Source: a virus | DNA length: 64,000 bases | IMG/VR virus record: IMGVR_UViG_3300045988_147856 | Reading direction: 5' to 3' (one strand) | Part shown: positions 36,836 to 45,856 of the stretch, piece after piece | Layout: each line of letters opens with the position of its first letter | Numbering within the stretch: the stretch's first letter is position 1 | The notes under the pieces: generated by a model | Told to the model about the DNA's origin: nothing | The model's input: the letters and a program-made list of their open reading frames with translations, nothing else | Database searches by the model: none | Position numbers and translations under genes: made by a program

Positions 36836-39517
36836 TTACGCGAAATATTTATATCGAGTGTATCTCTTTCCATATAGCTCAACATCACCCTCGTCGTCTT
36901 CTGCGAGCAGTCCGATAGGTTCTGCACCCGCTTCGAGAACCTCGTAGAACGAGGTGTTGGGGTAGCCAAAGAGTATGTTAAATATCTTACGCTGAATCTG
37001 AGAATAACGAGATTCTTCTATCTGGCGCAGGAGGTAGACCATATCGCTCTTGGTGAACGACATATTGCCCACATATTCTACGCACTCCTGCCTAATATCG
37101 CAACACTGCATCTGTTTTACGGAAGATTCTATGTCCGAGGCATATACACTCTTTATCTCATTTGTCATGTCTGTTACGGCATTGATGACGCGGGTGACTT
37201 TCTCGTACTGTCTACGATGAACATCTATGCCATTACCCACAAGAGCGGAGAAGGGGAGGTACTCCTGCTTCTTTCCTATCTCTTCTCTCTGAGCCCTGTA
37301 CGAATTAATACAAGTCTGCACATGATCCATGGTCGTCAAATGCTTCTTGTAATTCTTTCGCTTGCGGTCATAGTAACCTTTGCCGATATCCTTCGCCTTG
37401 AAGAAGTTGGGTTTAATGGCTCTTCCGTCATCGCCCTCAATCTTATATTTATCACGCAGTCGGCGAAGCTCCTTAGCATTATTGATATTGAACTCTTTCT
37501 TTGCTTTGTCGATTTCAATGCCGCTCATAATATTCAAGATACATACATCTTTATATATTTCCTTAATATCACTATAACTGCCACCACGATTGAGGACATC
37601 CCATATGCGGGTATTGAGCTCCTGACTGAGGTTGATGATATCGCCTATAAGATTGTTGCTCGTTTTAACATCAAGGTCAACCTGCTCGTCGTGAGTGTAT
37701 CTGCGTTTTTTCTTAACGGACGAGACATCCGGAACCGCTATCAAAAACTTACCTTCGTTCTTAAGTGCAGCATTGATAAGGTGAAGATTATCCGTAACAA
37801 GCGAGGTATCTGAATCAAAATCGCAACCCGATAATTCGTTTAAGACATTTTCACCAATACTGTTTATACAGACTATCTCGTTCGTCAGATTAAAGTAGCG
37901 GTCGATCTCGCTACACTCCACATTCGTCGGAACCCACACATTGCTCATTGAGATATGGGGGCTGCGCGAACCTACGAGCCTCTGCCCGTACCCGAACCTC
38001 TTCGTATGTATGTTGCCAACACCCAGCACCGACACGCCGTCGAACTTGCCGATGCTCGCCTGTAACATCTCGATTGGATTGCCAAACAAGGTTTCGTAAT
38101 TGCCCTCGACAAGCACATGACCGAGCCTAAGATTTTTTGTAAAAGACTTAAGAATATCTATCTTGAAGTCATGATAAAGCTTCGTCTGCGCAAATCTGTC
38201 ATTGAGACCGAGAAGCTTGTATACAACATCATTCTTCGACTCAGCAGGGGAGATGTCGAATTCGTCTTCTATCGGATATTTGATATGGTAGCGCAGAACT
38301 GCGGGGTCTGTTCTGATAGCTGTCATATAGTCAAATGTCTCCTTGAGGAACGCCGCCGTCTCAGCCTTGTCCATCTGCAAGCTGTTGAGAAGCTGATAGT
38401 GCGTCTGCACCATACGCCCGTCAAAAAAGTGAGTCGGCTTATCATACTTAACAACGCCAAAAGTATTGTCGATGTGCTTCATCCAATCGTTTATCGTCCC
38501 GAACTTCAGATACTTGATGCTGCTCGGCGTGGTTACTATCTTTATATCTTCCACACGCTTCGCTTTAGTGTAGCCCTTTAGCTGGCTCACCTCTGTTATG
38601 CCGTGGTCGGCAAACCACTGCTGCAAGTTTGTATTGAAGCAACAGCATTTAAAGAAGAGGTTGCGGAGTAGTATCATGCCCTTATCGCTGTATTTGCCCA
38701 TAGCTGATATATCTATAAGCCCCTGTCCGTCCCAGATAGAGTTGGTTATCTGCTCGTCTTTTTCTTCGGCGATTAGGTGGTCGCCATCTTCGCTGACAGA
38801 CATAACCCTATCGAAGAATTTGCTCTCGTAGTCGTCTATCACGAGAATGTTCTCGGGGTTTATTTCCAGTATATCAATAATAGAGCTTGACGGCAGAGAG
38901 ATATATGACTCAAGCGCAGCAAGGTCTACCTCTTCACCCTCGGCGACTTTCAGTCCACACATCTCCCACTTGTGCATACGAGCATACAGCTTCTCGTCAA
39001 TAAAGAGACACTTGCCAACGCGAGAACTGCCGCTTGACCTCTTCCACCTGACATACCTTACTCCATTACACACAAAGCCGTCATTATACAGTGTCCTGCG
39101 CAGCTCCGCTGTGCTCTTCAGCGTCTTAGGTGTTTTGATAAGCGTGTATACGCCACCTTCAAAACCGAAGTATTTACCGAGCACCTCGTCAGATACCGGA
39201 TATTCCACAGGCTGTCCAAGTATTATTCCCACCAGCTCGCCGTCTTTTATAGCCACGCAGTCATTGAAGTTAAGGTCTGAGTCTTTATATCCAAAGCGAA
39301 TATACCTATTTCTACCGGCTTTATTAAACTCCGCCACCGAGTATTTAAAGGTTACATTTATTACACGCGAGGTATACTCTTTCTTTCTTCCGTAAAAGCT
39401 GAAGTTAGTGCGGCGGTACACTTTCTCATAAACCTCGCGCAGTTTTATCTGATCTAAACTGTAATCGAGTGTGTTGGCATATCGTCTATAATTGACCTTG
39501 CCGTCTTTATCCACCAA
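36836..39517 (-). CDS. YonO / RdRP-like single-subunit two-barrel RNA polymerase
   Basis: GSRSPHISMSNV followed ~45 aa later by LSGCDFDSD parallels the (K/R)xPxxH...SGxDxDGD catalytic arrangement of YonO and eukaryotic RdRPs. The frame is open to a possible ATA start at 39601. Confidence 0.6.
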   Translation of the reverse strand: MVDKDGKVNYRRYANTLDYSLDQIKLREVYEKVYRRTNFSFYGRKKEYTSRVINVTFKYSVAEFNKAGRNRYIRFGYKDSDLNFNDCVAIKDGELVGIILGQPVEYPVSDEVLGKYFGFEGGVYTLIKTPKTLKSTAELRRTLYNDGFVCNGVRYVRWKRSSGSSRVGKCLFIDEKLYARMHKWEMCGLKVAEGEEVDLAALESYISLPSSSIIDILEINPENILVIDDYESKFFDRVMSVSEDGDHLIAEEKDEQITNSIWDGQGLIDISAMGKYSDKGMILLRNLFFKCCCFNTNLQQWFADHGITEVSQLKGYTKAKRVEDIKIVTTPSSIKYLKFGTINDWMKHIDNTFGVVKYDKPTHFFDGRMVQTHYQLLNSLQMDKAETAAFLKETFDYMTAIRTDPAVLRYHIKYPIEDEFDISPAESKNDVVYKLLGLNDRFAQTKLYHDFKIDILKSFTKNLRLGHVLVEGNYETLFGNPIEMLQASIGKFDGVSVLGVGNIHTKRFGYGQRLVGSRSPHISMSNVWVPTNVECSEIDRYFNLTNEIVCINSIGENVLNELSGCDFDSDTSLVTDNLHLINAALKNEGKFLIAVPDVSSVKKKRRYTHDEQVDLDVKTSNNLIGDIINLSQELNTRIWDVLNRGGSYSDIKEIYKDVCILNIMSGIEIDKAKKEFNINNAKELRRLRDKYKIEGDDGRAIKPNFFKAKDIGKGYYDRKRKNYKKHLTTMDHVQTCINSYRAQREEIGKKQEYLPFSALVGNGIDVHRRQYEKVTRVINAVTDMTNEIKSVYASDIESSVKQMQCCDIRQECVEYVGNMSFTKSDMVYLLRQIEESRYSQIQRKIFNILFGYPNTSFYEVLEAGAEPIGLLAEDDEGDVELYGKRYTRYKYFA

Positions 39518-39603
39518 CGAATAACCTGCGTCGGGGTATAGCTCATTTGTTATGTATATATCCTTAGCGTCGATACCCGGTATATATATTGTATTACCTA
39601 TAG

Positions 39604-39753
39604 TTAATTCTCCTCATCCATATCCGTATTTATGGCTTGATTTCCATAGTCTATGTAATCGACTTCACCCCAGCTACCGTGGCAGGGGTAGTCGTTGTCG
39701 TCGTTGCCGCAGCGGTTAATCCACGGGCAACCCTCACAAAATCCTCTGTTCAA
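39604..39753 (-). CDS. 49-aa Cys-rich small ORF
   Basis: FCEGCPWINRCG...PCHGSW. Weak SD and TTG start. Its stop is embedded in the SD of the RNAP gene. Confidence 0.3.
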   Translation of the reverse strand: MNRGFCEGCPWINRCGNDDNDYPCHGSWGEVDYIDYGNQAINTDMDEEN

Positions 39754-39917
39754 CTTCTTTGTTTAATCCTTTCTTTAAAATGCCGTTCACACCTTTCCTT
39801 ATATCAGCCATACTCATTTTCGTTCGAGTTTTGCTGTCTATATATTACAAACTTCGGTTTAAAGTGTCCCGGTAGGGTAGTTTATGCCCCGAGTTTCAAT
39901 GTTTTATTTTTATGTAT

Positions 39918-40214
39918 TTAGCTTAGCCTTCTCCACTCTTCTCCATGATGAATGGTGCAGGTCTTTCCGCAAGTCGGACAATCGTCAGCAATTACAACAT
40001 GGTCGTCCTTAGACCACACCGCAACCCTCTTGCGTGAAGATATCCATTCTGTGTGGCAAGCGGAACACACGAAGCGCTCTTTATCGTTTACCATATCACT
40101 CTTCTTGGTTATGCGTCTGTGAGTGTAAGGCAGAGTTACTTCTAAAATAGAACCCACGATTGTACAAGACAGCAAAATAAAAAAGACCAACATTGCTACC
40201 ATCCCGTCTGTCAT
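39918..40214 (-). CDS. Membrane-anchored zinc-ribbon protein
   Basis: N-terminal TM segment, with CSAC...CPTCG. Confidence 0.55.
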   Translation of the reverse strand: MTDGMVAMLVFFILLSCTIVGSILEVTLPYTHRRITKKSDMVNDKERFVCSACHTEWISSRKRVAVWSKDDHVVIADDCPTCGKTCTIHHGEEWRRLS

Positions 40215-40429
40215 TATTTGTTGACCTCCTTATTAATAATACCATCTATCGTCTGCGCGACCTTAACGAAGTCTTCTTCCTTATAGCCCTTCGAGTATTT
40301 ATTGGTTAAGCACGAACCAACCGCCTTTAGAACATTGTCACTAACAAAGCTCTCTAAAGCGATGAGTTCTATATTGTGGGCTTGTCTTTCTTCTTCATCT
40401 CTTATGTACTTAAATACTTTTGATCCCAT
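40214..40429 (-). CDS. Hypothetical small protein
   Basis: 71-aa ORF with coupled junctions. Confidence 0.5.
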   Translation of the reverse strand: MGSKVFKYIRDEEERQAHNIELIALESFVSDNVLKAVGSCLTNKYSKGYKEEDFVKVAQTIDGIINKEVNK

Positions 40430-40447
40430 TCACTTAACCGCCTTTAT

Positions 40448-40786
40448 TTATTTTGTACTGTTTGATTTTCTTTCTTTTAACTTGCAATAATTTGGTGTGT
40501 CTTTAAGCATGTTAACCATATTTTCTTTACTAATTTCACACGGCTGTGGAAACGGCATCCAGTGTGTTACACAAATAGGCTGTCCTTCATCCCAATCATT
40601 TAAAGTATCAAAACCATATTCTCCATTTGCAGCTGGAATATAACCACCGCACCCTACAAGCCCTTCACATACTTTGACACGCAGATCCGTCATTTTACCA
40701 TGACTTTCATCTTCAAGTACCATAATCAAACAACTATCATTCGGAAATTCTGGCTTTTCATCAAATACACTAATCCATTTATCCAT
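40448..40786 (-). CDS. DUF551-like protein
   Basis: MDKWISVFDEKPE ... VTHWMPFPQP matches the WI..D.LP...THWMPLP pattern. Confidence 0.55.
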   Translation of the reverse strand: MDKWISVFDEKPEFPNDSCLIMVLEDESHGKMTDLRVKVCEGLVGCGGYIPAANGEYGFDTLNDWDEGQPICVTHWMPFPQPCEISKENMVNMLKDTPNYCKLKERKSNSTK

Positions 40787-40799
40787 TAGTTCACCTCCC

Positions 40800-41195
40800 T
40801 CACGCGCATACCATAGGTGCGCCGATAAACCCCTTTTCTATAAGCTTCTTGTGGAAGAACTGCTTGCCCTGCGGTGTAAAGAGCACCCTTACCGATACGA
40901 TATCCGACTTAGTGTACCAATCTTTTGTCTCGAACAAGCCCTCGTTGCTCTTCTTTGCGTAAGGACGAAGCTGTTTGGCTGGAGTGCGGTACAGGTACTT
41001 TTCATCTATCAGAAAGTTAACGAACTTACGCTCAGAGATACCAAGTTCTTTGGCGGTGTCTCGAAGCCCTGTACATTTATTAGGGCTAACAAACGTGTCA
41101 TAGAAGTCCGCCTTCGGCTGAGCGACATCGAGCTTTGATTCCAACGCGTTCGTTTTGTCGCGCAGTTTAAGAAGCTCTTCTGCAAACGCAAACAT
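40800..41195 (-). CDS. KilAC-domain antirepressor C-terminal part (in frame with the upstream Bro-N ORF across one TAG)
   Basis: PKADFYDTFVSPNKCTGLRDTAKELGISERKFVNFLIDEKYLYR is a KilAC-type sequence, in the same frame as 41211..41588. Confidence 0.6.
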   Translation of the reverse strand: MFAFAEELLKLRDKTNALESKLDVAQPKADFYDTFVSPNKCTGLRDTAKELGISERKFVNFLIDEKYLYRTPAKQLRPYAKKSNEGLFETKDWYTKSDIVSVRVLFTPQGKQFFHKKLIEKGFIGAPMVCA

Positions 41196-41210
41196 AACAT
41201 TGGGGTCTTT

Positions 41211-41588
41211 CTAGCATTTAGCAAGAAGCTCATCGGTCATGTAACCGCCTGTTTTACGAATGGCGGGAAGGATGTCCGCCGTAACCCAGCGTTTAAAAGC
41301 TTTAGCATTAGGGAGCTTGCTCGAAATGATGAGACTGTAAAGACCTGATTCATTGATAATTGCTGTTTTCGTCTGTCCTATAGGCACATTCCCGTTTTGG
41401 GAATCTGCTATATCCATCATCAAAAAGGTTTTATCCTCACTGTCTACATGGGTTAAGATTGCCTTACTCGAATTACTGTACCCCAGCACATCAGCCACAT
41501 CTTTTCCCACAAACCACGGTTCGCCGTCAATAGTTATGGTGCGGATTTCTCCAAATTCCTCATTGTTAAATACTGTCAGTTCATTCAT
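41211..41588 (-). CDS. Bro-N domain antirepressor N-terminal part
   Basis: FNNEEFGEIRTITIDGEPWFVGKDVADVLGYSN is a Bro-N signature. Ends at TAG (41213-41211). Confidence 0.75.
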   Translation of the reverse strand: MNELTVFNNEEFGEIRTITIDGEPWFVGKDVADVLGYSNSSKAILTHVDSEDKTFLMMDIADSQNGNVPIGQTKTAIINESGLYSLIISSKLPNAKAFKRWVTADILPAIRKTGGYMTDELLAKC

Positions 41589-41699
41589 TTCATTTTCTCC
41601 TTTGTTTATAATGTTAAAATTTGCAAATGGGGGTAACTTTTCGTTACACCACCTCTATCATTACGAGACTATCGGACATTTTTGTCCAATAGGTCTGCC

Positions 41700-42002
41700 T
41701 CACTTCTCTGCTCTGTACTTCGCTAACGCCGCCACTGCTTTTTCTCTTTGTTCCTCAGAGACGCTTCGAGCGGCGTTCTTTCTTATAGTAACTGCGGAAG
41801 GGATAGCCTTTAGAATCATCCCGCACACAGTGCCGTCGTCATAAACCGTCTGCTCTACAGGCGTCCAACCCTTACGCAGCGCGGCATTGAAGTCTTTCGG
41901 AACGGTGCTGTCCATCACCCAGCCGTCACCACTTCTATATATGTGCGTCTCTCGCTCACTCACAGATATCTTACTCGTAATCGTCTTCGTCTTTATCGCC
42001 AT
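41700..42002 (-). CDS. Hypothetical protein
   Basis: 100-aa ORF overlapping the helicase-like gene's end. Confidence 0.5.
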   Translation of the reverse strand: MAIKTKTITSKISVSERETHIYRSGDGWVMDSTVPKDFNAALRKGWTPVEQTVYDDGTVCGMILKAIPSAVTIRKNAARSVSEEQREKAVAALAKYRAEK

Positions 42003-43233
42003 TCTGAATCCTCTCCATCCAATCTTTTAAAAGTGTCCTCATTCTTCTACTCGGCACATACAGCCATATCTCTTCCCCGCGTCTTATAGCTGATCTCCAT
42101 ATCCACTGCAACATAGTTGAAAGAGCGTACATATCTTGGTCTACCTCTACACCAAATTTCTCATACACACGCCTCTCCGCGACATTCATAAACAGGTTAA
42201 CGGCGTAGGCGAGATACCTCTTGTTGATATATGAGTTAGTAGCCCTCTCGTTGAAGACGACGTAACTCTTGGTGTAGCCTTTGCCCTTAACCTTGTTACA
42301 GGCGCTCTTATAGGTTCCCCACATACGCTCGTCCGCGGGTGAGTTCTTCCATATATGCTTGTAGCAGTTGGCTATATGATTCTTAACAGCCTTGAGCTCG
42401 CCATCCTCACCAGCCTTGCGTCTCTGATACCAATTCATAGACAGCGCATGGGGCGGGTCGCCTATACGGTTGAGCTTTGGCGACTCTATTATATGTATAA
42501 GGTCTTTGATGTGTTTGGTGTACTCCGGCACATAATCGGTATTATCCGAAAAGCGGTAGACCCCGTCCTTTAGCGACACACCTATATATGTATAGGGAAT
42601 TTTATTGGCTTTCACAAAATAGCAAAGGCTCTGCCCGCCGAACAGATAGGTCAGTATAAACACCTCATCAAACGAAGTAAGCAGTTCGGGTGACAGCGCC
42701 CAATAATAAAGCTTCTCCTTTGACCCATTGTTGAGGCTTATAATGCTATGAGAGCGAAGCATCTTCATTTCTTCGGAGAACTTGCCTTCGTCATACCATT
42801 TACCCGTCGGCAGATATACACCATTGTCATTCGTCAAAAATCCTGTAGCCTTGAGCATTTTTACGTCAATAGGCTTCAATTGGCTTTCAACAAGAACCTC
42901 TAAGCTCTCATCTATGATGAGGGTATACCCGAGTTCCTTTATCTTAGCCAAGGTCTCTCGGGAGTAGCTCTTGAAAGCCACATGAGTAGTGGTAATATTG
43001 CGCCCCTTTTCAACGAGAGCCGCCGTGTGCTCAGTTTTTCTAAAATGGTATTCCCCCAGCTTGTTGCTCGGTTCAACGAAGTGCAGCTCTGGGCACCCCT
43101 CTTTGATACGATTGCTCTCCGCCAGATACGGCGTTACATAAATAAATTTCTTTTCCTTGTGTTCGTTCATATAGGTAATGGCAGCTTCAGTTTTACCAGC
43201 ACCCATAATCGCGTCGCATACTTTAATACTAAT
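41971..43233 (-). CDS. P-loop ATPase / SF2 helicase-like protein
   Basis: Walker A AIMGAGKT straddles the track ATG, so the start must lie upstream. An in-frame ATT (43233-43231) sits 8 nt after AAAGGAGG. DESL Walker B. Confidence 0.7.
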   Translation of the reverse strand: MSIKVCDAIMGAGKTEAAITYMNEHKEKKFIYVTPYLAESNRIKEGCPELHFVEPSNKLGEYHFRKTEHTAALVEKGRNITTTHVAFKSYSRETLAKIKELGYTLIIDESLEVLVESQLKPIDVKMLKATGFLTNDNGVYLPTGKWYDEGKFSEEMKMLRSHSIISLNNGSKEKLYYWALSPELLTSFDEVFILTYLFGGQSLCYFVKANKIPYTYIGVSLKDGVYRFSDNTDYVPEYTKHIKDLIHIIESPKLNRIGDPPHALSMNWYQRRKAGEDGELKAVKNHIANCYKHIWKNSPADERMWGTYKSACNKVKGKGYTKSYVVFNERATNSYINKRYLAYAVNLFMNVAERRVYEKFGVEVDQDMYALSTMLQWIWRSAIRRGEEIWLYVPSRRMRTLLKDWMERIQNGDKDEDDYE

Positions 43234-43812
43234 AGTGTTTTCCTCCTTTGAGTTTTGTCGTTTTCTTTAATTGGAAACCAAAAGGTTCCGAGCTATCTCA
43301 CACCCCTTGTGTATCAAGGCATCTGAGCACCCCCTTGTTATAAAAACAATATATGTTATGTGAAGGTCACAAGTCCACTAACGTGTCCTTGCTCGCCACA
43401 TAATTCCGTCTACGGAGTAGGCGGGAGGCTACGCTATACCACCTCGGGAGAAGTTCTCTTCGCAAGCTTCGCTAACTTCTCTTCGGAGATACCGCTGACG
43501 CCTCCCTCAAACATCTCCGTAGGCGGGTGGAAGGCTTCGCCTTATTTCTAAAGGAAGACTGCATCCTCGGTTCGCTCCATCTTGAGGCGAACTCAGCAAG
43601 CCTTTAACTGCGCTGCGCTCCGTTTCCGTTCGCCTTATTAGTGTCGCTCACCTCGGATTTGCCTTGAAACGGCTTACGCCGTAGCCTGTACCACCATGTT
43701 ATGTATATACCTTACACCCGAGGTTAGCTGATTTACCAAAATCTGAAGGTTAAATTTATGAATAAATTATTAACAGAAGTAGAGGGTAGAAGCTTGGCGC
43801 GTAGCGATAAAC

Positions 43813-43841
43813 ATAAATAAAAAAACGCGCCCTTCGGCGCG
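43813..43841 (-). terminator. Intrinsic terminator (minus strand) inside the ORF-free region
   Basis: CGCGCC-GAAG-GGCGCG followed by TTTTTTTATTT on the minus strand. Confidence 0.65.
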
Positions 43842-44330
43842 TAAGACGATCGTACATATATAGAACTTGTAGAAGCTTTCTTCGAAGACGTCAGCCTGTA
43901 CATACCAACCCTGATGAGTCTATAGGCTTATACCACGGACGAAAGACCGCTCGTAAGGTAGACTTTAGGGATTTTAGCCTGTACCACATCTTTATCTCGG
44001 ATGCTCGTAGGGGTAACTTTGTGCGTAGAGCGGGCTTTTACCAGTTTTTTTAAAATTTTAAAAAGCACCAATCTACCTGACCCGTAGAAGATACCCTCCA
44101 CTATGGGCGGGATTTGTGTAGTTCTGAGGGTCTATTTTGACGACGTGTGAGTGGGGTTGATTGACTAAGCGGTTTTTCGCGATTATTTTTCTACTATAGG
44201 TTTAAAATAGCCCCCTTGCGGGGGATAATCCATAAAGGCATATTTTATGGATTATTATACCTATATAGTCGAGGTATACAAGCTATGATATTTTAGTGTT
44301 ATATAAGCATTATTTTTTGTTGTATTTACA

Positions 44331-44391
44331 ACGACAACGCCGTCTACACGTCAACGTCAACACTGCATAATATCACCGTCAACACGTCAAT
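44331..44391. repeat. Cluster of ACG(T/A)CAAC-type short direct repeats (iteron/operator-like)
   Basis: ACGACAAC, ACGTCAAC, CGTCAACA, CCGTCAACACGTCAAT all occur within 60 nt next to an AT-rich stretch. Confidence 0.55.
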
Positions 44392-44404
44392 TATGTCTAT
44401 AAAG

Positions 44405-44459
44405 CAAAATAAAAAAATACCTATACACCAAAAGATAAATTCCGATGTGTATAGGTATT
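44405..44459 (-). terminator. Intrinsic terminator of the XRE repressor gene
   Basis: 13-bp perfect stem AATACCTATACAC/GTGTATAGGTATT followed by TTTTTTTATTTT on the minus strand. Confidence 0.7.
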
Positions 44460-44587
44460 ATATTATATATTATATAGGTAGGTATATATGCCTATAATGC
44501 GCGTACCGTCTCACCGTCGGCGGGAGCGTCGCACGGCGTAGCCGTGCCCCGAAGACTTGCGCAAGCGTTATATGCTATTATAGAATA

Positions 44588-44941
44588 TTATATATCGTTG
44601 TCGGTACTGCTGCCGTTCGGCGGCAAGCGTAGAACGCCGCGTACATAGTCGGCGGATATCCCACGGGCGCGGGCTATGCACTCAACGGCGGCGTTAATGT
44701 CGGCGGCGGCGTTAGGCGGCGCGGGGCGGTTGAGCAGAGTATCTATAGATATATTTAAATAATCGCATATACGGGCGAGCGTGATATAGGACGGCGCGCC
44801 GCCGTGCGTCATTTTAGTTAAAGCGGCGTGATTGATGTTTAATTCTTGCAACATAGTTTTCACCGTGATATTTTGTCTCGTGCATTCTTTTTTAATCTTT
44901 TCTGCAATAATAGTGGGGTCATAATTGTTAGTATTGCACAA
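44588..44941 (-). CDS. XRE-family HTH repressor (CI-like)
   Basis: NITVKTMLQELNINHAALTKMTHGGAPSYITLARICDYLNISIDTLL is an XRE HTH. TTG start 9 nt after GGAG. Confidence 0.8.
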   Translation of the reverse strand: MCNTNNYDPTIIAEKIKKECTRQNITVKTMLQELNINHAALTKMTHGGAPSYITLARICDYLNISIDTLLNRPAPPNAAADINAAVECIARARGISADYVRGVLRLPPNGSSTDNDI

Positions 44942-45856
44942 GTTAATCAGCTCCGTTGCGTAGATTTATTGTGTATATGTTACAAAGATGTGTAAAATCT
45001 CTAAAAAGTTCATTATTTTTCTTTTTCGAGTATAACAATGCACTTTTTGGTGCTATACTATGGGCGTACTCGAGAGAGACCCACGGACAAGCCGCCGACG
45101 ATGAGCCGCTGAGCCACGCGGACAAGGCGCGCGGGGTATCTTGTAAAGTACAGTCATCCGAATATACACCATTATATAATAGGGGGGGGTAAAAGTCAAG
45201 CGCGGTCAATCGGCTTATTTTATAGGCGGAATGATACGCGACAAACGGAATACATAAATATTATTGTATGCCCTTGCAATACTTTGATGTTGCTATCACG
45301 CTATGACGGCTTTATAGCTATCAGCCCGGGGCGGCGCGTGCCGTGACGCGCTTATCGTATGCGATAATATTGTAAAATATCGGTAACGGCGGCGGGACAC
45401 TCTCAACCGTTACCATGCCGCATAGGGGCGCTATGCGGGGCGAATAAAGGCATTTTATCACAAGTCCGTAAAAGGTCAAAGAAATAACTGCCATTTAAGC
45501 GGGTGCATTATCTGTTTAAATACTTTGATTTTGTTGTGCTAAGGTGGAGAGTCCGGGGACGGTTGAAAGCCGTCCGAACCTTTTGAGTTCCTTTTGCCGT
45601 TGGTGTTTGATATATACGCGATAAGTATATCGGCAATAAGAAAAAAATAAACCGTGCATTAATGCTATATTGATATTTTAGCTTTACACCGCCCGCGCTA
45701 TTTCTCAGGAAATACGAACAACGGACGGTAATTTTTATTCTTAGGAATAAATATTTATTGTAAAGCGGGGATATTAATGTTTCATTATTGGAAAATGCAC
45801 GGCGACGGGCAACAATTGATACGTTGGTACAATAGGACATTTTAACACATTTCGAG

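Noticed and set aside
43911-43944. Hammerhead-ribozyme-like core: CTGATGA-GTCT...GGAC-GAAA, a close match to the classical CUGAUGAGUC...GGACGAAA arrangement.
   Set aside because: I could not build stems I and III or a valid UH cleavage site in any of the three topologies. The flanks carry direct rather than complementary repeats, and a chance CUGAUGA in 128 kb of two-strand sequence is expected. A second CTGATGA on the minus strand near 34710 fails the same test.
44943-45840. Track ORFs 44943..45209(-), 44956..45192(+) and 45508..45840(-) as genes.
   Set aside because: No SDs (the GGAG at 44950 serves the repressor's TTG), overlapping opposite-strand ORFs, and atypical amino-acid composition. 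The region is treated as non-coding with low certainty.
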